Below, one piece after another: positions 1 through 8,815 of a DNA stretch of 43,594 bases. The position numbers and the translations under genes were made by a program. The DNA comes from Kagunavirus PDP21P8, in the sequence record OZ035783.1; one strand, 5' to 3'. Below the pieces are notes generated by a model, which was not told where the DNA came from, ran no database searches, and saw only the letters and a program-made list of their open reading frames with translations. How positions within the stretch are numbered: position 1 is the stretch's first letter; each line of letters starts with the position of its first letter.

Positions 1-29
1 GTAACAACGAATATGGGCGAGGTAGAGGA

Positions 30-1280
30 ATGAGTATTCAGCTATCTGCACCCCAGGCACTGTTCCTGAATTGCGATAACAAATACAAAGCCTATGTCGG
101 CGGCTTTGGCAGCGGCAAGACATTCGTAGGCTGCCTTGACCTGCTTACGTTTATGCTCAAGCACCCCGGTACGCGCCTGGGCTACTTCGGCCCTACATAT
201 CCGGCTATCCGCGACATCTTCTACCCGACATTCGAGGAAGCTGCTAACCTGCTAGGCCTTGATGTGCTGGTTAAATCCGGCGACAAAGAAGTCGTTGTCA
301 CACGCGGTAAGACAGTGCTCGGGACGGTTATCTGCCGTTCTATGGATAATCCTGGCTCGATAGTTGGCTTCAAAATCGCGGCTGCGGTCGTCGACGAGTT
401 GGACGTATTGAGTCGCGAGAAAGCGGAGCTGGCGTGGAACAAAATCGTCGCCCGTATGCGCCTTGTTATCCCTGGCGTAACTAACCACATCTCCGTCACC
501 ACGACGCCGGAAGGGTTCAAGTTCGTCTATGCCAAGTTCAAAGAGAACCCGACGCCGAGTTACTCAATGGTGCAGGCTTCCACACACGAGAATGCACGTT
601 TCCTGCCGCCGGATTACATCAGCTCGCTCACAGAGACTTACCCGGCGCAGTTGATTAACGCGTATCTGAACGGCGAGTTCGTCAACCTGACCTCCGGCAG
701 CGTCTACTACGCGTATGACCGCCGTAAGCACCGCAGCAAAGAGACAATTCAACCGGGCGACACTCTGTACATCGGCCAGGACTTCAACGTCACGAAGAAC
801 GCCAGCGCCGTGTACGTGCAACGTAAAGACGGCTGGCACGCGGTAGCCGAGCTGAAAGGCCTGTTCGATACGCCGGACACCGTGCGTGTAATTACTGAGA
901 AGTGGAAGTCGCAAGGCCACCGCATCGTCGTTTACCCTGATGCAAGTGGTAAGAACCGCAAGACCAACTCGGCATCAATCTCAGATATTGCATTACTTCA
1001 GCAGGCCGGGTTTGATGTTCGAGCTAAATCCGCCAACCCACCGGTTAAAGACCGTGTTTTAGCCGTGAATACCGCACTGGAAAAAGGTAAGCTGTGGGTT
1101 AACGACCACTTATGCCCAGAGATAGCGAAGACGCTGGAGCAGCAGGCATATGATGATAACGGAGAGCCTGCTAAAGACGGCATCATCGACCATATGGCGG
1201 ATGCTCTCGGCTATCCTGTAGTTTACGAGATGCCAGTGGTTAAACCAGTAATCAACATCCCGGTGACTTTCGCACTTTAA
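30..1280 (+). CDS. terL: terminase large subunit
   Basis: 416 aa; Walker-A-like GGFGSGKT near N-terminus; first gene of the structural block; its ATG overlaps the stop of the terS-like frame if the window ends are joined. Confidence 0.8.
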   Translation: MSIQLSAPQALFLNCDNKYKAYVGGFGSGKTFVGCLDLLTFMLKHPGTRLGYFGPTYPAIRDIFYPTFEEAANLLGLDVLVKSGDKEVVVTRGKTVLGTVICRSMDNPGSIVGFKIAAAVVDELDVLSREKAELAWNKIVARMRLVIPGVTNHISVTTTPEGFKFVYAKFKENPTPSYSMVQASTHENARFLPPDYISSLTETYPAQLINAYLNGEFVNLTSGSVYYAYDRRKHRSKETIQPGDTLYIGQDFNVTKNASAVYVQRKDGWHAVAELKGLFDTPDTVRVITEKWKSQGHRIVVYPDASGKNRKTNSASISDIALLQQAGFDVRAKSANPPVKDRVLAVNTALEKGKLWVNDHLCPEIAKTLEQQAYDDNGEPAKDGIIDHMADALGYPVVYEMPVVKPVINIPVTFAL

Positions 1281-1292
1281 GAGGATTATTCA

Positions 1293-2765
1293 ATGTTAAC
1301 TATGAACGGTCAGAATCAGGGTGTTAAGACTAAACACCGGGAATGGCTGCATAACTTCGATAAATGGCAGAAGGTACGCCACGCGCTGGAAGGCGACCTT
1401 ATTCGCTATCTTCGAAATGTCGGGAAGAATGAGCCGGACCCGACCTACGCGGCCCAGCGCCAGGAAGAATATGAGAACGGCGCTATCTGCTACAACTTCA
1501 CTAAACGCACCCTGGCAGGGATGGTAGGTAGCGTCATGCGCAAAGACCCAGAGCAGATTATCCCGCCTGAACTGGAGTACCTGTTGCGCAATGCCGACGG
1601 TTCCGGTGTTGGTCTGTGGCAGCACGCGCAGGATACGCTGATGGAGATTGACTCGGTAGGTCGTGGCGGGTTGCTGGTGGACGCGCCGGAGACCGCCGCA
1701 GCAACGGCAGCCGAACAGAACGCGGGGCTGTTAAACCCGGTAATCGCATTCTATACCGCAGAGAACATCATCAACTGGCGATTGACTCGCGTCGGTTCGG
1801 TTAACCGTGTGACAATGGTCGTGTTGCGTGAGGTATGGGAATACTCGGAACCTGGGGCAGAGTTCGAAACAAAGTTCGGTGAGCAATACCGCGTTCTCGA
1901 TTTGATTGATGGTCGCTACCGCCAGCGCATTTACCGCTTCGATGCAGAAGGTGGCGCTCATGGTGACGTAATCGAAATATTCCCGGAACTTGGCGAACAG
2001 TTGCGCGGCAAAATCCCGTTCACGTTCATCGGGGCGAGCAACAACGACGCAACCATCGACGATGCGCCTTTGCTACCGTTGGCTGAGCTCAATATCGGAC
2101 ATTTCCGCAACAGCGCGGACAATGAGGAGTCCAGCTTCGTTGTAGGGCAGCCCACGTTGTTCATCGCCCCAGGCGAGAACATGAGCATGGAACAATGGAA
2201 AGAAGCTAACCCGCACGGTGTGCGCATGGGGTCGCGTTCAGGCCACAACATCGGCTACGGCGGCAATGCGTTTCTGGTTCAGGCGGGTGAGAACAACCTC
2301 GCAAAACAGAACATGCTGGATAAAGAGAACCAGGCCATTCAGATTGGCGCGCAGCTTATCACCCCGACGCAGCAAATCACCGCCGAATCGGCCCGCCTGC
2401 AACGTGGTGCTGATACGTCTGTTATGGCAACAATCGCACGCAACGTAAGCATGGCGTATACCGATGCGCTGCGCTGGGTAGCAGCGATGCTAGGGCTTAG
2501 TGACGGTACTGAAATCGAGTTCAAGCTGAATATGGAGTTCTTCCTGCAACCTATGACAGCTCAGGACCGCGCTCAGTGGATGGCGGACATTAACGCTGGC
2601 CTGCTGCCTGCCACCGCTTACTATGCAGCATTGCGTAAAGCAGGGGTGACTGACTGGACCGACGAGGATATTCAGAACGCTATTGAGGATGCACCGTTGC
2701 CGTTAGGTGCTGTCGCTCCGGTAGCGGGGGAGATTCCGCAGTCGGCGCAGCAACAACAGGAATAA
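1293..2765 (+). CDS. portal protein
   Basis: 490 aa ORF directly downstream of terL; size and position typical of portal; no specific motif verified. Confidence 0.65.
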   Translation: MLTMNGQNQGVKTKHREWLHNFDKWQKVRHALEGDLIRYLRNVGKNEPDPTYAAQRQEEYENGAICYNFTKRTLAGMVGSVMRKDPEQIIPPELEYLLRNADGSGVGLWQHAQDTLMEIDSVGRGGLLVDAPETAAATAAEQNAGLLNPVIAFYTAENIINWRLTRVGSVNRVTMVVLREVWEYSEPGAEFETKFGEQYRVLDLIDGRYRQRIYRFDAEGGAHGDVIEIFPELGEQLRGKIPFTFIGASNNDATIDDAPLLPLAELNIGHFRNSADNEESSFVVGQPTLFIAPGENMSMEQWKEANPHGVRMGSRSGHNIGYGGNAFLVQAGENNLAKQNMLDKENQAIQIGAQLITPTQQITAESARLQRGADTSVMATIARNVSMAYTDALRWVAAMLGLSDGTEIEFKLNMEFFLQPMTAQDRAQWMADINAGLLPATAYYAALRKAGVTDWTDEDIQNAIEDAPLPLGAVAPVAGEIPQSAQQQQE

Positions 2766-2769
2766 AGAA

Positions 2770-2800
2770 AAAGGCCCCATTACGGGGCCTTAGTTTTATT
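2770..2800. terminator. bidirectional rho-independent terminator
   Basis: hairpin AGGCCCC-loop-GGGGCCT flanked by A-run on the left and T-run on the right; sits between convergent genes. Confidence 0.6.
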
Positions 2801-3080
2801 TCTTTCCTAATGCTTTCTCGATTGCTCTGTTTGCCAGATTCAACGGATGGTCTTTATGGCAATCATCGGAAGATACTGCGCAAACATCCTCAACGTAATC
2901 GCGAAGCTGGCGAAGAGCTTCAAGTAACTCGGGTGCTGAGGAAATAAGTTTTGAGTTAGCCAATTTTACTGAGGCCTTCTCCTGCATACTCATTACCTCC
3001 GCCACATAAACGTCACCCGCCCATATAGCCGTTCCGCAATTAACCCATTCACCGTTCGTACCTTTAAATTTGTTAGCCAT
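2796..3080 (-). CDS. hypothetical protein (antisense moron in head module)
   Basis: 94 aa ORF on minus strand; strong SD AGGAGG 7 nt upstream of ATG; own promoter and terminator. Confidence 0.55.
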   Translation of the reverse strand: MANKFKGTNGEWVNCGTAIWAGDVYVAEVMSMQEKASVKLANSKLISSAPELLEALRQLRDYVEDVCAVSSDDCHKDHPLNLANRAIEKALGKK

Positions 3081-3104
3081 TTTACGCCTCCTGTTTAAGT
3101 TAAC

Positions 3105-3136
3105 TGAATAGTACCCTATTATATTGGTGTCTGCAA
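3105..3136 (-). promoter_or_regulatory. early-type promoter with AATAG-N4-CTATT operator
   Basis: minus-strand reading TTGCAG-17 nt-TACTAT; inverted repeat GAATAG-tacc-CTATT overlaps -10; 23 bp identical to site at 14310-14332. Confidence 0.5.
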
Positions 3137-3180
3137 ATATTATTTTTATGCGTTACACTGTCGATACTACAGGAGGGCTT

Positions 3181-4224
3181 ATGAGCTTACTTACATCTCT
3201 AATCAGCCACCAGATATGGCTGCAACGCACCGCATCCGGCGAGGTGAAAGACCTCGCGCCGTTCATCCATGAGATGCGGGATGAAATTAAACGGCAGGTG
3301 CTGTTATTCGGTGACGACAGCCGCAGCGCCGCGCGACTGAATAAACTGTTACGTGACCTGGAAGAAGCGCTAACTGGACTTACAGGTGACTGGCAAACAA
3401 AGCTGACAGAAGACCTTAAGGAACTGGCGGCGTATGAGGCTGAGTGGAACGTAAAAACGCTGACGACTAACGTTAACGCGGAATTTGTTACGCCTACCGC
3501 CGAACAAGTGTGGGCCGCCGCCGAGTTCCAGCCCGTATCGTTAAGCGACAAACCGGCCGACTTCGCTAAACTGATGTCGGGCTGGGGTGAAACCGAAGTC
3601 GCGCGCCTTGTAACCGGCGTTAAGATGGGCTTTGTGCAAGGCCAGACAACACGGCAGATTGTTAAGAATATTGTAGGCGCTGGTGGACTAGCGGACATAT
3701 CCGAGCGCAATGCGGCTACTGTAATCCGCACCGCGCTGTCTCACGTGTCAAACGAAGCCCGTAACGAGACGTACCGCCAGAATGACGACATTATCGAGAA
3801 GTACGAGTGGGTGTCTACGCTGGACAGCCGTACCAGTACTATTTGCAGAGCCAGGGACGGGATGACGTGGGAAATTGGTAAAGGGCCAATGCCCCCCGCC
3901 CATCCGAATTGTCGAAGTACCACGGCACCGGTGATAAGTTCCGAGTTCGACTTCCTCGATAAAGGCGCAAAACGCGCGGCTAAGGGTGCAGACGGCGGTA
4001 CTCAGGTAAGCGCAGACACCACTTACTACGAGTTCCTGAAACAACAACCGGCATGGTTTCAGGATGAAGCACTCGGGCCGACCCGCGGTAAGATTTTCCG
4101 CAACAGCGGTATATCACCGGAAGAGTTTCGCGTAATATCTGTAGATGGTTTCGGGAATCCGCTGACGCTTAAGCAGATGGCGGAACTCGATAAACGTGTT
4201 GCTGATTATCTGAAAGGGGAATAA
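3181..4224 (+). CDS. head morphogenesis protein (Mu F / SPP1 gp7-like)
   Basis: ATG 3181 with SD AGGAGGG; C-terminal PAHPNCRSTT motif resembles the conserved H-x-NCRC of Mu F-like proteins; follows portal. Confidence 0.65.
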   Translation: MSLLTSLISHQIWLQRTASGEVKDLAPFIHEMRDEIKRQVLLFGDDSRSAARLNKLLRDLEEALTGLTGDWQTKLTEDLKELAAYEAEWNVKTLTTNVNAEFVTPTAEQVWAAAEFQPVSLSDKPADFAKLMSGWGETEVARLVTGVKMGFVQGQTTRQIVKNIVGAGGLADISERNAATVIRTALSHVSNEARNETYRQNDDIIEKYEWVSTLDSRTSTICRARDGMTWEIGKGPMPPAHPNCRSTTAPVISSEFDFLDKGAKRAAKGADGGTQVSADTTYYEFLKQQPAWFQDEALGPTRGKIFRNSGISPEEFRVISVDGFGNPLTLKQMAELDKRVADYLKGE

Positions 4225-4685
4225 TGATGGGCTTTTTCAAAGTAACTGATGTACCGTCACGTCGCGTAGTCCAGTACGCCCGCGTGTCTGGCTCTGGCGA
4301 GAACGTGGTATTTATTGAAGATGAAAGTGTACTCGGTACACCTGTAGACGATATGCCGTTCGCAGATAAGACCGGTATTGCGCTGCCAGCGGCGGGTATG
4401 CTTTATGAGATTCCGTATCTGGCGGACGCGGGCGATGTGTATTTCTCTGTGCAACCGCAGGACACGGAACTGGCAGACGGCAGCGCAACTATCACTGTCG
4501 AAGTTAAGGCGGGCAAAGCACCGTATGCGCTGACCTGGTACAAAGACGGTAAGGAAGTGGTAAACGCCCCGGAAGAGGCTTTGTCTCTGACGGTTAATGC
4601 GGTGGGTGAATACTTCGTTAAAGTTACCGATGCCGATGGTGTAGAGGCGGTAAGCAAAGCGGCGAAGGTTAATAAGCCAGAATAA
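4224..4685 (+). CDS. Ig-like domain protein
   Basis: C-terminal APYALTWYKDGKEV...GEYFVKVTD resembles I-set Ig fold signature; TAATG overlap with upstream gene. Confidence 0.5.
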   Translation: MMGFFKVTDVPSRRVVQYARVSGSGENVVFIEDESVLGTPVDDMPFADKTGIALPAAGMLYEIPYLADAGDVYFSVQPQDTELADGSATITVEVKAGKAPYALTWYKDGKEVVNAPEEALSLTVNAVGEYFVKVTDADGVEAVSKAAKVNKPE

Positions 4686-4689
4686 ACTG

Positions 4690-4711
4690 AAGCCCCGAAA
4701 GGGGCTTTTTA
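4690..4711 (+). terminator. rho-independent terminator
   Basis: AGCCCC-gaaa-GGGGCT hairpin followed by TTTTT. Confidence 0.6.
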
Positions 4712-4774
4712 GCGCCTGCGATTATTCCAGTTATTCCACCAAATTGTAAATATTGGAATAAACTATTCGAATAG

Positions 4775-4803
4775 TTGACTTTTCACTAAAAATGTGCTAA
4801 GCT
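4775..4803 (+). promoter_or_regulatory. putative sigma70-like promoter
   Basis: TTGACT-17 nt-TAAGCT; overlaps the perfect palindrome AACTATTCGAATAGTT (4761-4776). Confidence 0.3.
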
Positions 4804-4809
4804 CCACCT

Positions 4810-5004
4810 GAGCTTGTGAAGTATGAACAAGCGACCGCGGCGCGGGCAGGTAACGGAGCGGGACGTAAGTCCTGAGTGTAGTTACGCTGACGCGTTCGGA
4901 AGGGCCATACTCTATTGCTTGTGTAAAAAGTAACTGGTTTACTGAGATTACGCCGTTTCTATGTTTAAATGATAAGGACTAGCGCCCCGCTTTATGGCGG
5001 GGCT
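4810..5004 (+). ncRNA. candidate short transcript (ncRNA or mRNA of a 36-aa peptide)
   Basis: ~200 nt between putative promoter 4775-4803 and terminator 4982-5010; only ORF is 36 codons (4823-4933) with a weak RBS. Confidence 0.2.
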
Positions 5005-5010
5005 TTACTT
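4982..5010 (+). terminator. rho-independent terminator
   Basis: GCCCCGC-tttatg-GCGGGGC hairpin followed by TTTACTT. Confidence 0.55.
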
Positions 5011-5027
5011 ATCGAGAAAGGAGAAAC

Positions 5028-5414
5028 ATGAATCTTAAAGCAACTGTCGTAGCAGGAGCATGTTTCATCATCCTGTTATACACGCACGGCTACTATCAAT
5101 ACCGCAGCGGCTGGAACGGAGGCAGGGCTAATCTAGTTTCGCAGCAACAGCAGAAAGCACAGGCTGAGCTAGCGAAGAAAACACAACGGCAGCAGCAGGA
5201 CGAATCAAAGGCCGCCGCCGCTGACAACGAAGGCAAGACGAAATCAGAGGTGATTACCCGTGAAGTCGTTAAGTACATTAAAACGCCTGGCCGCAGCGTG
5301 TGCACTTTCGACGATGCTCGCGTCCTGCTCAAGTCCCGCGCCGTCGCAAACGCCAATTCCATCCCCGGATACGACGATGATGCAGCCGCCATGCAAACTG
5401 GCCGCGCCAAGTAG
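5028..5414 (+). CDS. i-spanin (Rz-like)
   Basis: 128 aa; N-terminal TM segment (VVAGACFIILLY), Gln/Ala/Lys-rich coiled-coil periplasmic region; contains an embedded +1-frame lipoprotein ORF. Confidence 0.55.
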   Translation: MNLKATVVAGACFIILLYTHGYYQYRSGWNGGRANLVSQQQQKAQAELAKKTQRQQQDESKAAAADNEGKTKSEVITREVVKYIKTPGRSVCTFDDARVLLKSRAVANANSIPGYDDDAAAMQTGRAK

Positions 5415-5523
5415 CGATGCCGATGAGGATTTAGCCATTGACGTTCAGAACACAGAATGTGTACGGCAACTGCGTCTGAAAGTGTTCATGTTGCAGGATT
5501 ACGTGAGGAATATTCTGGAATAG
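5260..5523 (+). CDS. o-spanin (Rz1-like lipoprotein)
   Basis: 87 aa; signal peptide with lipobox LASC; Pro-rich mature region; starts inside the Rz-like gene in +1 frame and extends past its stop. Confidence 0.55.
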   Translation: MKSLSTLKRLAAACALSTMLASCSSPAPSQTPIPSPDTTMMQPPCKLAAPSSDADEDLAIDVQNTECVRQLRLKVFMLQDYVRNILE

Positions 5524-5605
5524 TTGCCTTGCATGTTGGAATAATTTATTCTTGACATGTAAATCCGGGTGGCCCGGGTTCCAACGTCCAGGGGACATAC
5601 TGACT

Positions 5606-6307
5606 ATGAATCGTTTTTTACGTTATCCGTTCCAGGAAGAAGCTGGGGCAGAAGATAAAGCTGGTGGCGGTGACGCGCCGAAAATGTTCACCGCTGAAGA
5701 AGTTCAGGCGCTGATTGAGAAAGAAGTTGCCGGGCTTAAGGCCAATCAGGAAGCATTGCTGGCGGAGAAGAAAGAAGCCGCTCGTAAAGCAAAAGAGGCC
5801 GAAGAAGAACGGCAGCGCGCGCACCAGGAGGCGTTAAAAGCCGCTGGTAAGATGGACGAGTTCGAAAAGACGATTCGTAGCCAGTATGACCCGGTGTTAG
5901 CCGAGAAAGATGGTCGCATCTCCAAAATGGCAGAGCGTATCCTCGGCAGTGAACGTAAAGCGGTGTTAGGCTCTTTCGCGGGCGACTTTATTACCCCGGA
6001 AGCAGTAGACATTCTTGCTCCGTTCGTTAAGACTGAGTTCGAAGGCGATGACGTGGTTACTAAGTTTGTAGGCGCAGACGGCAATGTAATCACGACTGAC
6101 CCGGAACAGTTCCGCAAATACCTGCGGGAACACAAAGCATTTTCGCATTTGATTAAAGCAAATGCAGCTTCCGGCGGCGGGGCTTCCGGTAGCAAAGGCG
6201 GCGGGGCCGCACCAGCGTTTAAAGACATGAGTGAAGCGGAGCGTTTAGCTCTGTATAAATCGAACCCTGCCGAATTTGAACGGCAACTTAAAGCCCTGAG
6301 GAAATAA
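5606..6307 (+). CDS. scaffolding protein
   Basis: ATG 5606 with SD AGGGGA; Ala/Glu/Lys-rich helical protein directly upstream of the major capsid gene. Confidence 0.55.
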   Translation: MNRFLRYPFQEEAGAEDKAGGGDAPKMFTAEEVQALIEKEVAGLKANQEALLAEKKEAARKAKEAEEERQRAHQEALKAAGKMDEFEKTIRSQYDPVLAEKDGRISKMAERILGSERKAVLGSFAGDFITPEAVDILAPFVKTEFEGDDVVTKFVGADGNVITTDPEQFRKYLREHKAFSHLIKANAASGGGASGSKGGGAAPAFKDMSEAERLALYKSNPAEFERQLKALRK

Positions 6308-6309
6308 TA

Positions 6310-7359
6310 ATGGCAATTACCACTATCGGCGATATCGTAACTGGCAACATCCCGGTCCTGGCGTCTTATATGACCGAGGACCCGGTAGAAAAAACCGCGT
6401 TCTTCCAGTCTGGTATTCTGACCCCGACTCCATACGCTGCCGAGATTGCCCGCGGCCCGTCCAACGTCGCTAATATTCCTTTCTGGAAAGCGATTGATAC
6501 TTCTATCGAGCCTAACTACTCGAACGACGTATACCAGGACATCGCCACCCCGCGTAACGTGCAGACCGGCGAGATGATGGCCCGCGTTGCATACCTGAAC
6601 GAAGGCTTCGGACAGGCGGACCTGACTGTCGAACTGACCAGCCAGAACCCGCTGCAATCCGTAGCGTCCCGTCTGGACAACTTCTGGCAGCGCCAGGCAC
6701 AACGCCGTCTGATTGCTACCGCGCTTGGTCTGTACAACGACAACGTAGCCGCTACCGACGCTTACCACGAGCAGAATGACATGGTAATCGACGTGTCTGC
6801 TACTCTGGGCTTCGATGCGGGCGCGTTCATCGACGCTACCCAGACTATGGGTGATGCGCTGATGGGCAACGGCGGTGAAGTGCTGGGCGCTATCGCGATG
6901 CACAGCTTCGTCTATGCACAGGCCCGTAAGCAGCAGCTTATCGACTTCATCAAAGACGCTGACAACGATACCTTGTTCGCCACCTACCAGGGCTACCGCG
7001 TGATTGTTGACGACAGCATGACCGTAGTCGGCACCGGCACGAGCCGCAAGTTCATCTCCATCATCTTCGGCAACGGTGCTATCGGTTACGGTGAAGGTTC
7101 TCCGTCCAACCCGCTGGCCTATGAGCGCGAAGAGTCTCGCGGTAACGGTGGTGGCGTTGAAACCCTGTGGACCCGTAAGACCTGGCTGCTGCACCCACTG
7201 GGCTACAGCTTCACTAGTGCGGTAATCACCGGTAACGGCACCGAGACTGTCGCACGTTCTGCTTCCTGGCAGGACCTGGCGAATGCCTCCAACTGGAACC
7301 GTGTGGTTGAACGTAAGCATGTACCGATTGCCTTCCTGGTAACTGGTGTCGGTGCTTAA
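6310..7359 (+). CDS. major capsid protein
   Basis: 349 aa ORF after scaffold, followed by a strong terminator; position and size based. Confidence 0.7.
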   Translation: MAITTIGDIVTGNIPVLASYMTEDPVEKTAFFQSGILTPTPYAAEIARGPSNVANIPFWKAIDTSIEPNYSNDVYQDIATPRNVQTGEMMARVAYLNEGFGQADLTVELTSQNPLQSVASRLDNFWQRQAQRRLIATALGLYNDNVAATDAYHEQNDMVIDVSATLGFDAGAFIDATQTMGDALMGNGGEVLGAIAMHSFVYAQARKQQLIDFIKDADNDTLFATYQGYRVIVDDSMTVVGTGTSRKFISIIFGNGAIGYGEGSPSNPLAYEREESRGNGGGVETLWTRKTWLLHPLGYSFTSAVITGNGTETVARSASWQDLANASNWNRVVERKHVPIAFLVTGVGA

Positions 7360-7374
7360 GGTTAAGCTATAATC

Positions 7375-7399
7375 GAGAGGGGCTTCGGTCCCTCTTTTC
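7375..7399 (+). terminator. rho-independent terminator
   Basis: AGAGGG-loop-CCCTCT hairpin followed by TTTT. Confidence 0.6.
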
Positions 7400-7418
7400 A
7401 TTTACTAAGAGGTAAATT

Positions 7419-7718
7419 ATGGCTAAGACCGGAAAAGGCTTGCCTCGCAGCCTTAAGAATATCGATTTCGGCGACTTTGATATCCCCGTCACGCCAGCTA
7501 CTACCAGCGTGGTTGGTGGGGTTAAAAAGTCAGCTACCGTAGCTGCACCTGCGGCCATTACCGCCGCAGCCGGGTCGCGGTCCACCGCTGAACCGACTAA
7601 AGCCGAGTTCGACGCGCTTGTAGCCGAGTACAACAAACTGCGAACTGATGTTACCGCGCTGCGCACTACCGTAGCAAATCTGTTGACCGCGCTTAAAAAC
7701 GCAGGAACTGTAAGCTAA
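7419..7718 (+). CDS. hypothetical structural protein
   Basis: 99 aa Ala/Thr-rich ORF with RBS, in head module. Confidence 0.5.
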   Translation: MAKTGKGLPRSLKNIDFGDFDIPVTPATTSVVGGVKKSATVAAPAAITAAAGSRSTAEPTKAEFDALVAEYNKLRTDVTALRTTVANLLTALKNAGTVS

Positions 7719-7730
7719 AGGAGCTTAAAA

Positions 7731-8081
7731 ATGGTTGATGTAATTAAACGTCGCATTACTGGGGTCTCTGACGACTCCCCGGCTGATGGTCAGGTAGAAA
7801 TCGACATGGCAAATATCTCACCGGCATCTTTTTCTATCCCACTGAGCGCTACCACAGCAGTTACAGCCGGGCAGACTATGACACTGACCGTAGTTGTTAC
7901 CGGTGGCCTAGCTCCGTACACCTACCAGTGGTACAAGGATAACAACGCTATCGCGGGGGTTACCGCAGCTAGCTACGCTAAAGCGTCAACCACTACCGCC
8001 GATTCAGGTACGTATAAAGTGGTTGTTCACGATGTGTATGGTAATATTATCTCCAGCAGCACCGTAGCAACTGTGTCTTAA
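7731..8081 (+). CDS. Ig-like domain protein (possible capsid decoration)
   Basis: APYTYQWYKDNNAIAG...SGTYKVVVHD matches the same Ig-like signature as 4224-4685. Confidence 0.5.
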   Translation: MVDVIKRRITGVSDDSPADGQVEIDMANISPASFSIPLSATTAVTAGQTMTLTVVVTGGLAPYTYQWYKDNNAIAGVTAASYAKASTTTADSGTYKVVVHDVYGNIISSSTVATVS

Positions 8082-8117
8082 TACAACGGCCCTTCGGGGC
8101 CGTAATAAGGAAAGGTC

Positions 8118-8297
8118 ATGGCAGATAATTATGTAATCCGCGAAAAGTACACCCACGTTGATATTGTTGATGGCCAAGTGATGCCGGTTCGCGGTGTGGT
8201 AGAAGCGGATGAACTTGTAGCTACTCAACCTGACAACGAAGAAGCGCACAACAACGGTGGTGGTACTAAGCGTCGCCGCCGTAAATCAGAGGAATAA
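8118..8297 (+). CDS. small protein with polybasic C-terminus
   Basis: 59 codons, below the ORF-track cutoff; SD AAGGAAAGG; C-terminus GGGTKRRRRKSEE. Confidence 0.35.
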   Translation: MADNYVIREKYTHVDIVDGQVMPVRGVVEADELVATQPDNEEAHNNGGGTKRRRRKSEE

Positions 8298-8300
8298 TTC

Positions 8301-8813
8301 ATGCCGCTAATCGTGGAAACGGGGGCGATTGTCCCGAATGCCGACAGTTACGTTAGTCTGGCTGACGCCCGCGCGTTAGCGGCTAATTACGGTCTGGAGT
8401 TGCCTGCGGATGATACCGCCGCAGAGGTGGCCCTGCGCAACGGGGCTACTTATGTCGGGCTGGCAGAGCCGCAGATGTGCGGTCGTCGCGTATCCGCTGA
8501 ACAGTCACTGGCATATCCTCGCACTGGTGTAACGTTGAACGGTTTCCCTGTAGCAAACAATGTCATCCCGAAGCAGGTGATTCTTGCGCAAGTAATCGCC
8601 GCGGTTACGTATGGTGCGGGTACTGAGGTGCGGGCTAACTCCGATGGCCGCGCCGTGCAGACTGAGCGTGTCGAGGACACGGTGACAGTGACGTACTTCA
8701 ACAACGGCAGCAGTGGGACTACAACCGCGATTACTGCCGCCGACGACGCCTTACGCCCATTACTGTGTGGCGGTCTTAACAATGGCTTCTCGTTTAACGT
8801 GTACCGGGGTTAA
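8301..8813 (+). CDS. head-tail connector/adaptor (putative)
   Basis: 170 aa ORF in the connector region between head and tail genes; position only. Confidence 0.4.
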   Translation: MPLIVETGAIVPNADSYVSLADARALAANYGLELPADDTAAEVALRNGATYVGLAEPQMCGRRVSAEQSLAYPRTGVTLNGFPVANNVIPKQVILAQVIAAVTYGAGTEVRANSDGRAVQTERVEDTVTVTYFNNGSSGTTTAITAADDALRPLLCGGLNNGFSFNVYRG

Positions 8814-8815
8814 AA

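Noticed and set aside
5746-7401. 551-aa minus-strand ORF spanning the scaffold and major capsid genes
   Set aside because: Antisense to two well-supported structural genes, low-complexity Ala/Ser/Arg-rich translation, no RBS.
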